This document shows positions 1-8,062 of a stretch of 41,765 nucleotides of DNA, in pieces. Below the pieces are notes generated by a model, which was not told where the DNA came from, made no database searches, and saw nothing but the letters and a program-made list of their open reading frames with translations. Both the position numbers and the translations under genes were made by a program. The DNA is from Minisyncoccota bacterium. Lineage in GTDB: Bacteria > Patescibacteriota > Minisyncoccia > Phycocordibacterales > UBA12079. Numbering within the stretch: position 1 is the stretch's first letter; each line of letters begins with the position of its first letter. The stretch lies in NCBI GenBank assembly GCA_023135835.1, contig JAGLSI010000003.1, forward strand, positions 1-41,765. Reading direction: 5' to 3'.

Positions 1-2
1 GC

Positions 3-3000
3 AACGTCGGGATTGGGACGACTGCCCCTGATGGTAAGTTGGAGGTTTATGGAGCTGGGCAACTTGTTAGTGATTTAACAGATGCAGGAAGTAGAGATAA
101 TATGCTAATGATTAATTCATCAGGAACTTCTGGTGGAAGTGGTGGAGCTTTGGTTTTTGGTAATAGTCAGTCTAAGACAGCAGATAGTCTTGGTTGGGCT
201 GCTATAAAGGCTCATTTAACAAATGGTTCTGGTAATACTGTTGGTAATTTAACATTCTCTACAAGAAACTCCACTTCAGATACAGCATTAACACAAAGAA
301 TGACAATTTTATCTGGGGGTAATATTGGAATTGGTGTATCATCTCCATCTCAACAACTAGAAATAACAGGGGATTTTGAATTACCAAATACGACTCACGC
401 TGATGAATCAGGAATAATTTATAAAGGTACAAGCCCGTTTATTCATAATTTTAATTATGGAGATAATGGATCAGTTACAACTGTTGGTGGAAATACTTTT
501 GTGGGTGTGGATTCTGGTAATTTTACAATGGGATCAACGGCGGTTTCAGCTCTTTCTGCTAGTTATAATACAGGGGTAGGAGAAGATTCTTTAAAGTCTT
601 TAACATTAGGATATGGAAATACAGCGTCGGGTTATAATTCTCTTGCTAGTAATACTACGGGAAGTCTTAACTCTGCATTAGGATATTATGCTCTTTTTGA
701 TAATACTACTGGTAATTATAATACAGGGGTAGGAACTGAGTCTCTTGCTAACAATACTATAGGTGATTCTAATACTGCTATAGGAAATAATTCTCTTTGG
801 AATAATGTTGATGGTTCCAATAACTCTGCTTTAGGTCATAGTGCTCTTGTTGGTAATGAAGATGGTGATCTTAATATTGCCATAGGGTATGATGCAGGTC
901 ATTATTATGGAGATTATGCAATGTCAAATACTTCTGGAAATAAAAATATATATTTAGGAGTTCAGACTAAGTCTGCAGGATATGATAAAGAAAATGAGAT
1001 TGTAATTGGTTATACTGCTGAAGGTATTGGCTCTAATTCTGTCGTTTTGGGAAATGAATCTATTACGACAACAGCTTTGAGAGGTAATGTTGGAATTGGA
1101 ACAACTGATCCAGGGGCGAAAACAGAAATTTATCAAGCAATGTCTGATTATGGTTCTGCATTTACTTCACCCCACTTAAATTTGGGGGCAAGCAATACTG
1201 TAGATAATACTGGTTTTGTTGGAATTACTTATGATACGAGCGCTACTGCTAATTATGGTTGGTCATCTGGGGCTTTGAGGAGTTCAAGTGGGCAAGGAGA
1301 TTTTGTTTGGAAATTCCATAGTGCTAGTGCCGTAGGTAGTGAGTTAATGAGAATAACAAGTACAGGCAACGTCGGGATAGGGACTACTGATCCAGTGTCA
1401 GTGCTTCATATTAAAGATACTACATGGACTAATCTATCTATAGAAGCCACCTCTGATGATCCATCATTGCAATTAACATCAGATGGAAGTGGTACAAGTA
1501 ATGACTGGACAATGCGCATGGATGTGTCAGATTCAGATAAACTTCAATGGCGCTATGATGGTACGAAAAAGCTTACAATAACTAGCCCTGGTCAACTAAT
1601 AATGACAAACGACAACTGGCTTTCAGCTGATAATAATGCCGGAACCGACTATGTAAATATGTTCAAGGTAAATACTAGTGATGAAATAGATGTTGGAGCA
1701 ACCTTAAATGTCGGAGCGATGGAATTCTCTGAAGATAGTGGATTTGTAACTGCCATGGATATGCCAGTTTCATCTACACCAACAGCTGGAGATATAGAAG
1801 CTTATGCCTTTAAGGTTGATGGTGATAATATTTTAACTGTTTATGCTGAAGCTGATGGAGCAGGAGGTATTCAAAATGCAAGAGTTGGAATTGGGGATTC
1901 CTCTCCTTCATACCAATTAGAATTATCAACAGATTCCGCTGCAAAACCAGGAACTAGCTCATGGACAGTTTCCTCTGATGAAAGGCTAAAAGATGTTAAT
2001 GGTGATTTCACTAGAGGATTAGATGCTTTGTCTGGACTTTACCCTTCTTACTTTAATTATAAAACAGACAATGATTTAGGGATTCCTAGTGATAGAGAAT
2101 ATGTTGGATTGATTGCTCAGGATGTTCAGTCTGTGATTCCTGAAGCTGTAAGAGAAGGAAAAGAAGGATTTTTGTCTATTGAATCAGATGCTATTTTCTG
2201 GACAATGTTGAACGCTATTAAAGAAATTGGTTTGAAAGTTGGTTCTGATAACATTACTTATACACGAGATACTCTGCAGGTTTTGAACGGAACAGGAGAA
2301 CCGCAAATGAAATTGGCTTATGATGAGGAAAACTTAGCAGAGTTTAATGTATCGGCTGTAGGTGATTTATCTTTGAGTACAGCTGGAAAAGATATTCGGT
2401 TACCAGATGATAATTTATCGGTTTGTTCGGGAGGAGCTTGTTCTTCAGCAGCTTCTTTGATTGAGGGAACTGGTAATTTGGTTGTAGAAAATGTGGCTTA
2501 TATCGCTGGTTCTCTAGGTGTTGGGACAGCTCAACCTAGCCGAGGGTTAGATGTTTACGAGTCTCAATCAGACCCTCAATTTAGAATTTCTTATGACGAT
2601 GATTTGTATTCTGAATTTAATGTTTCTGCCACTGGAGATTTAATAATTTCTGCTGAAGGAGGAGACATCTCTGTTTTGAATGAGAATTTACGAGTTTGTT
2701 CAGATGAAGGTTGCCCTTCTATCGCAAGTCAAATTAAAGATTCTGGTAATTTAGTAGTAGAAAATTCATTGCTAGCTTTAGGAAATGTTGGAATAGGAGG
2801 AACGATTTCTCCAGATTATACATTAGATGTTCAAGGAACTCTACGAGCCTATGGAATTACTGATGCTTCAGATGCTCGTCTAAAAACCAACATCCAACCA
2901 TTAATTCACTTGGGGGTAGCACCCCCAAGTGAAGGGATTTCTGCTACCTTAGAGAATGTTAAAAAATTACGAGGAGTTACTTTTGAATGGAAGAATGAAG

Positions 3001-3314
3001 ATTTTGGAACAGGAATTCAGATTGGAATGATTGCTCAAGAACTAGAAGAAGTTTACCCAGATTTGGTTTCAACAGATGATAGCGGGTTTAAATCAATTCA
3101 ATATGGTAAATTTACAGCAGTTCTGTTAGAAGCAGTTAAAGATTTAATTAATTTTGGAGAAAAAATTGAATATAGAAGTGCAAGATTAGAAAATAGAACA
3201 GCAGAATTGGAAGAAAAAAATATTGAACTTGAAAAACAGGCAGAAAGTTTAGAGCAGAAAACTCAGACATTAGAAGCTCGGATAGAAGCTCTAGAAAATA
3301 TACTTCGTCAGTAA
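3..3314 (+). CDS. Large fibre/adhesin-like protein (5'-truncated) with GNVGIGT repeats, Asn/Gly/Ser-rich beta-helical repeats, two peptidase-S74 (intramolecular chaperone) domains and a C-terminal coiled coil
   Basis: Frame is open from base 3 (NVGIGTTAPDGKLEV), so the true start lies upstream of the window. Repeated GN(V/I)GIG motifs, N-T/S-A-x-G-x-x-A/S-L repeats, SDERLK (~1975) and SDARLK (~2870) S74 motifs, each followed by G(L/M)IAQ(D/E). Confidence 0.8.
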   Translation, partial: NVGIGTTAPDGKLEVYGAGQLVSDLTDAGSRDNMLMINSSGTSGGSGGALVFGNSQSKTADSLGWAAIKAHLTNGSGNTVGNLTFSTRNSTSDTALTQRMTILSGGNIGIGVSSPSQQLEITGDFELPNTTHADESGIIYKGTSPFIHNFNYGDNGSVTTVGGNTFVGVDSGNFTMGSTAVSALSASYNTGVGEDSLKSLTLGYGNTASGYNSLASNTTGSLNSALGYYALFDNTTGNYNTGVGTESLANNTIGDSNTAIGNNSLWNNVDGSNNSALGHSALVGNEDGDLNIAIGYDAGHYYGDYAMSNTSGNKNIYLGVQTKSAGYDKENEIVIGYTAEGIGSNSVVLGNESITTTALRGNVGIGTTDPGAKTEIYQAMSDYGSAFTSPHLNLGASNTVDNTGFVGITYDTSATANYGWSSGALRSSSGQGDFVWKFHSASAVGSELMRITSTGNVGIGTTDPVSVLHIKDTTWTNLSIEATSDDPSLQLTSDGSGTSNDWTMRMDVSDSDKLQWRYDGTKKLTITSPGQLIMTNDNWLSADNNAGTDYVNMFKVNTSDEIDVGATLNVGAMEFSEDSGFVTAMDMPVSSTPTAGDIEAYAFKVDGDNILTVYAEADGAGGIQNARVGIGDSSPSYQLELSTDSAAKPGTSSWTVSSDERLKDVNGDFTRGLDALSGLYPSYFNYKTDNDLGIPSDREYVGLIAQDVQSVIPEAVREGKEGFLSIESDAIFWTMLNAIKEIGLKVGSDNITYTRDTLQVLNGTGEPQMKLAYDEENLAEFNVSAVGDLSLSTAGKDIRLPDDNLSVCSGGACSSAASLIEGTGNLVVENVAYIAGSLGVGTAQPSRGLDVYESQSDPQFRISYDDDLYSEFNVSATGDLIISAEGGDISVLNENLRVCSDEGCPSIASQIKDSGNLVVENSLLALGNVGIGGTISPDYTLDVQGTLRAYGITDASDARLKTNIQPLIHLGVAPPSEGISATLENVKKLRGVTFEWKNEDFGTGIQIGMIAQELEEVYPDLVSTDDSGFKSIQYGKFTAVLLEAVKDLINFGEKIEYRSARLENRTAELEEKNIELEKQAESLEQKTQTLEARIEALENILRQ
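2905..2933. repeat. REP-like palindrome copy 1 (in-frame within the S74 domain)
   Basis: TTCACTTGGGGGT-AGC-ACCCCCAAGTGAA, perfect 13-bp stem. Confidence 0.9.
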
Positions 3315-3326
3315 TTCTAATAATTA

Positions 3327-3353
3327 CTACTTGGGGGTAGCACCCCCAAGTAG
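3327..3353. repeat. REP-like palindrome copy 2 (5' of RAYT)
   Basis: CTACTTGGGGGT-AGC-ACCCCCAAGTAG. Confidence 0.92.
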
Positions 3354-3373
3354 GATCTCTAAGTAATAAAAAA

Positions 3374-4114
3374 ATGAGAAAAACAATAATATACAGAAAA
3401 AACGAATATTATCACATTTATAATCGGGGAGTTGATAAGAGAATTATTTTTACAGATAAATTTGATTTGCAGAGATTTTATCAAAGTATGGAAGAATTTA
3501 ATTCTGTTGAACCAATAGGGAGTATTTTTGAAAATCGTTTTAATTTAAAAAACAGAAAAGAATCGCTTGGGGGTGCTACCCCCAAGTATGGGAAATTGGT
3601 GGAAATTGTGGCTTATTGTTTAAATCCTAATCACTATCATTTAATACTAACTTCTTTAGTTGAAGGTGGAATAAGTGAATATATGAGAAGACTTAATTCT
3701 GGATATACTACTTATTTTAATCAAAGATATAAAAGAACAGGTTCATTATTTGGAGGAACTTTTAAATCTGTTTATATTAATTCAGATTCTTATTTAAGAT
3801 TTTTAAGTGTTTATGTAAATTTAAATTTTGAAGTGCATCAAAAGTTTCAAAATGTTAAAGATAAAAAATTATTTCATAAATCTAGCTGGGACGAATATAT
3901 AAAAGTTAAAATTATAAAAGGAAAAAGAGGTGAAGAGAATCAAGTCATTAATAATAAAAATGATATTTGTGATAAATCAATGATCTCGTCTCATTTTGAT
4001 TCAGTAGATCAGTATAAAAAATTTGCTTTAGAGTCGTTAAAGGACATAAAAGCAAAAAGATATAAAGATAGTGAGGTTATTAAGAAAACTTTTGAAACAA
4101 GTAAAGGGTTTTAA
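3374..4114 (+). mobile_element. REP-associated tyrosine transposase (RAYT/TnpA-REP, Y1 HUH family)
   Basis: Motifs YYHIYNRG, YCLNPNHYHL (HUH), YFNQRYKRTGSLF, YVNLN (candidate catalytic Tyr) and SSW; flanked by inverted palindromic repeats. Confidence 0.9.
3566..3586. repeat. REP-like palindrome copy 3 (in-frame inside RAYT, opposite orientation)
   Basis: CTTGGGGGT-GCT-ACCCCCAAG, translated as LGGATPK. Confidence 0.9.
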
Positions 4115-4115
4115 A

Positions 4116-4142
4116 TTACTTGGGGGTGCTACCCCCAAGTAA
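4116..4142. repeat. REP-like palindrome copy 4 (3' of RAYT)
   Basis: TTACTTGGGGGT-GCT-ACCCCCAAGTAA; loop is inverted relative to copies 1-2. Confidence 0.92.
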
Positions 4143-4162
4143 AAAATATTATATAAAAGAAG

Positions 4163-7100
4163 ATGAAAAAAATATTTAAAATAAATACATCAATATCGGT
4201 AATAATTGTAGGAATTTTATTTTTCTCTAGTATTGCTTGGGCGGCTATTTTTTATGGAATAGTAGCTGATTCTAGTGCTAGTTTGGTTGGGCATTGGCCT
4301 TTAGATGAAGGGAGTGAGAAAGGTTTAACAGGATTTTATGATCTTTCTGTAGCTTCTCATGATTCTGTTTTTAGCACAACTAGTCAAGATCAGGAGACTC
4401 ATGGACTTGCTTTTAATACTGATGGAACAAAAATGTTTATTGTGGGTATGACTAATGATAGAGTTTATGAATACCATTTAACCACAGGCTTTGACGTTTC
4501 TTCAGCTTCTTATGATTCGTATTATCAGATTCCTGGTGTATCCTTTCTTGTTAACCCTGTGGGACTTGCTTTTAATACTGATGGAACAAAAATGTTTATT
4601 GTTGATATTTATTATAATAATGTAAGTGAATATCACTTAACCACAGGTTTTGACGTTTCTACAACTTCTTTTGATTCAGATTTTGATGTTTCGGGAGAGG
4701 ATGGAAATCCTACGGGGGTTACGTTTAATATTAATGGAACAAAAATGTTTGTAACTGGCGTTGAGAATGATAATGTTTATGAATATCATTTAACTACTGG
4801 TTTTGATGTTTCTACAGCTTCTCATGATTCAAGTTTTGATATATCAGGGCAGGATGATTATCCTGAGGAACTTGTTTTTAGTGCTGATGGTTTTCAAATG
4901 TTTGTTGTAGGAAGTGGTGACTTTGAGGTTAACGTATATGATTTAGGGGCAGCTTTTGATGTTTCTTCTGCTTCGTATAGTTCTGTTTTTAGTGTATCTG
5001 GTGAAGACACAGACCCTAGAGGAATTGCTTTTAATTTAGATGGATCAAAGATGCTTCTTGTTGGTGAAACTGATGATGATGTTAATGAATATCATTTTAC
5101 TTTATCTATGGTTGTGGCTGACAAAACCGCCAACGAAAACCACGGTGAAATTTACGAAACCGCCTACACTACCGACCACATGGGACAGGCTAATAAAGCG
5201 ATGATTTTTGATGGGGTGGATGATAATATTATAATTAGCGATATTGATTTTTCTGATGAGATGACTGGGTCAGTGTGGGTAAAATTTGATGAAGTGTCTA
5301 GTCAGCAGATGGTAGTTTCACAATCTACTGTTTTGGAATATCAATTACAAATGAGAGGTAGTGCTGGGAGTGAATATTTTAGAATTAGGGTGGATACTAA
5401 TGGCGGGAATGGAATTGCAGATTCAACAACACGGGCTATTGCAGATCAATGGTATAATATTACTTGGACCTATGATGGTTCTGATTTGAAAATATATGTT
5501 GACGGAGTATTGGAAAGTACTAATAGTGATGCCTCGGGGAACATAGATGATATTAATGAGAACGTGGGGATCGGCGCTAGAAGTAATGGAGATTATCCAA
5601 CGGACGGTTCCATTTCCGATGTCCGTATCTACGATAAAGCTCTTAGTGCTAAAGAAGTGACAAGTATCTACGAACAATATCGTCCAAAAACACAATTTAG
5701 CACTCGGCAAAAAGGTTTGGTAGGACATTGGATGTTGGATTCAGAGAGTGAAAAAGTGGGAGATAATATTAATGATAATGGTGATTTTGAAACTGGTGAT
5801 TTAACTGGATGGTCGTATTGGTTTAATTCTGCTAATGGTGCCGCGGGGAGTGGGTCAATTGATTCTTCTGAATATTTTGGTGGGTCGTATAGTGGAAAAA
5901 TAAATATTACTAATGGTGGTGGTGCTATTGGTGATATTAATTTTTCTAATAAATATTTTACAACAGCAACGAGCACTGTATATCGCTTGTCTTTTGCAGT
6001 TAAGGCTGATTTTACTCCAACAGCTCCTTTTTCGGCGCGTATTATAAAAAATACTGGCCCATACACAAATTGTGGTTTAATAGAAGATATTACTCCAACT
6101 TCAGAATGGCAGACTTATGATTATACTTTTGATGCAACTTACGGTTTTACAGATGATGTTAGAGTTATTTTTTATTTAGGAAATATTGGTATAGGTAATA
6201 TTTATTTTGATAATGTTTCGTTTAAAGAAGTGAGCATTGCCGACAAAACCCCAAATGAAAATCATGGTGATGTTTATGGTGCTGTTTCTACCACCGACCA
6301 AATGGGGCAAGCTGACCGAGCGATGGTTTTTGATGGAACAAATGATTATGTAGAAATTACCGATTCAACAGATTTTGATATTGATAGTAATGGTTTTACA
6401 TATACGGCTTGGATAAATGGGACTGATTTTACTCCAGCTTATAATATGTTTATGGGGCATTATCTTCCTTATTTTAATGTTAGGAGTACTGGAAAATTAC
6501 ATCTTAGTGTTCATGACGGAACTCAAAGGTCTTGTTATGGCAACACTGTTTTAGATACGGATACTTGGTATTTTGTTTCAGCTACTTATGATAGTGATGG
6601 ATATATGAGAGTCTTCGTAAATGGAGAACAAGATGGAATAGCTGGTCCTTATTCTGATTTAGTTAATTCTTCTTCTCATCAGTATATTGGACAATGGTAT
6701 AATACTGGTACTTATAAGTTTACAGGTTCAATTTCTGATGTGCGTGTTTATAATTATGCTTTGGATTCAAGTGAGCTTGAAACCCTTTATCATTCTTATC
6801 GTCCAAAAATATCTTCTGGGTCTTTGCAAAAAGGTTTGGTTGGACATTGGCCTTTAGATGGGGAGAGTGAAAAGGTAGATGATGATTTGCTTGCTAATGG
6901 AGATTGTGAGATAGCTAAACCAACTTTAAATAGTGCTAGTTCAGGGGCTAGAGCTACGACAGCTCTTTCAAGTACAGAAGCTTTTTCTGGAGTTTCTTCA
7001 ACAAAACTAACTTTAACAGAAGATACTACAGCAGGATTTTATAATATAGGTGCTTATAATTTAAATAACCTAACCCCCGGAAAAACATATAGATATTCAG

Positions 7101-7921
7101 GGTATGTTTATATTCCTTCTAGTGGAGGTGTTTCTACATCGGCTTTTTTACAGTTTTACGATTATAATGGAGCTTATTCTGCTCAAACTCAGACTATAAC
7201 AACAGAAGATGAATGGGTACCCTTTTCTATAACAAGAACAATAAGAAGTGATGCAACTATGGCTTTTGTTAGAGTTAGTGGGAGTGGTCTTAATACTGAA
7301 TATTTATATTTTGATAATTTATCTTTGCGAGAAGTTGAGACTAGTGATAAAGGAGCTTACTCAAATCATGGTGAGGTTTATGGACCAACTTCAACAACAG
7401 GAATAAATGGAGAAACTGATGGAGCGATGAGTTTTGATGGGACTGATGATTATATTAATATGGGGAACGAGGCAAGTTTTCAGGTAACAGGAAGCCAGAC
7501 TATAAGTATGTGGCTTTATCCAGATAACTTTTCTGCAAGAAGGAACCCTCTTGCCAAGGCCTATGGGGGAGAAGGAACGATTACACAAGAAACAGACGGA
7601 GATTTAAGTTATTATTATGGAACAGCTGGTAGTAATACGACCCCTTATCAAGGATTTAGAACTACTTCACCCTTAACTTTAAATAACTGGAATCATATTG
7701 TTCTAACTAGAGATTTAGACAATATGGTTTTGAAATGGTATTTAAATGGTGCAGAAATTACTTCAACCACAGCTCTTTATTCTTATGCCACAGCGTCATC
7801 CCTTGATTTAAAAATTGGTGATGGATATACATCTAATTATGCTGGAAAAATTGCCAATGTTCGTATTTATAATCGAGCTTTAAGTGATGAAGAAATCGCA
7901 TTACTTTATTCTAGAAAATAG
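4163..7921 (+). CDS. Secreted LamG/concanavalin-like multidomain surface protein with beta-propeller repeats and two CBM4/9-like domains
   Basis: N-terminal signal/TM segment; three LVGHWxLD...FDGxxD...GxIxxVR(I/V)Y LamG units; GLAFNTDGTKMF propeller repeats; NGD(F/C)E...YFDN CBM-like modules. Confidence 0.8.
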   Translation: MKKIFKINTSISVIIVGILFFSSIAWAAIFYGIVADSSASLVGHWPLDEGSEKGLTGFYDLSVASHDSVFSTTSQDQETHGLAFNTDGTKMFIVGMTNDRVYEYHLTTGFDVSSASYDSYYQIPGVSFLVNPVGLAFNTDGTKMFIVDIYYNNVSEYHLTTGFDVSTTSFDSDFDVSGEDGNPTGVTFNINGTKMFVTGVENDNVYEYHLTTGFDVSTASHDSSFDISGQDDYPEELVFSADGFQMFVVGSGDFEVNVYDLGAAFDVSSASYSSVFSVSGEDTDPRGIAFNLDGSKMLLVGETDDDVNEYHFTLSMVVADKTANENHGEIYETAYTTDHMGQANKAMIFDGVDDNIIISDIDFSDEMTGSVWVKFDEVSSQQMVVSQSTVLEYQLQMRGSAGSEYFRIRVDTNGGNGIADSTTRAIADQWYNITWTYDGSDLKIYVDGVLESTNSDASGNIDDINENVGIGARSNGDYPTDGSISDVRIYDKALSAKEVTSIYEQYRPKTQFSTRQKGLVGHWMLDSESEKVGDNINDNGDFETGDLTGWSYWFNSANGAAGSGSIDSSEYFGGSYSGKINITNGGGAIGDINFSNKYFTTATSTVYRLSFAVKADFTPTAPFSARIIKNTGPYTNCGLIEDITPTSEWQTYDYTFDATYGFTDDVRVIFYLGNIGIGNIYFDNVSFKEVSIADKTPNENHGDVYGAVSTTDQMGQADRAMVFDGTNDYVEITDSTDFDIDSNGFTYTAWINGTDFTPAYNMFMGHYLPYFNVRSTGKLHLSVHDGTQRSCYGNTVLDTDTWYFVSATYDSDGYMRVFVNGEQDGIAGPYSDLVNSSSHQYIGQWYNTGTYKFTGSISDVRVYNYALDSSELETLYHSYRPKISSGSLQKGLVGHWPLDGESEKVDDDLLANGDCEIAKPTLNSASSGARATTALSSTEAFSGVSSTKLTLTEDTTAGFYNIGAYNLNNLTPGKTYRYSGYVYIPSSGGVSTSAFLQFYDYNGAYSAQTQTITTEDEWVPFSITRTIRSDATMAFVRVSGSGLNTEYLYFDNLSLREVETSDKGAYSNHGEVYGPTSTTGINGETDGAMSFDGTDDYINMGNEASFQVTGSQTISMWLYPDNFSARRNPLAKAYGGEGTITQETDGDLSYYYGTAGSNTTPYQGFRTTSPLTLNNWNHIVLTRDLDNMVLKWYLNGAEITSTTALYSYATASSLDLKIGDGYTSNYAGKIANVRIYNRALSDEEIALLYSRK

Positions 7922-7984
7922 AAATTAATTTAGTAATTATAAGGATTTGTTATCCACTTAGAAAATTTATTTATACAAGTATTT

Positions 7985-7993
7985 TGGTATAAT
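7985..7993 (+). promoter_or_regulatory. Extended -10 promoter candidate
   Basis: TGGTATAAT, 70 nt upstream of the 8063 start. Confidence 0.45.
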
Positions 7994-8062
7994 ATATTAA
8001 ATGCTATTGTTAAAAATGCTTTATTTATTTTATAAAATAAATTTCAGATTTAAAGCTAAATT

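Noticed and set aside
3-3314. Prophage, suggested by the tail-fibre/S74 protein and the baseplate-J-like ORF at 22821
   Set aside because: No terminase, capsid, portal or integrase; both genes sit among chromosomal genes
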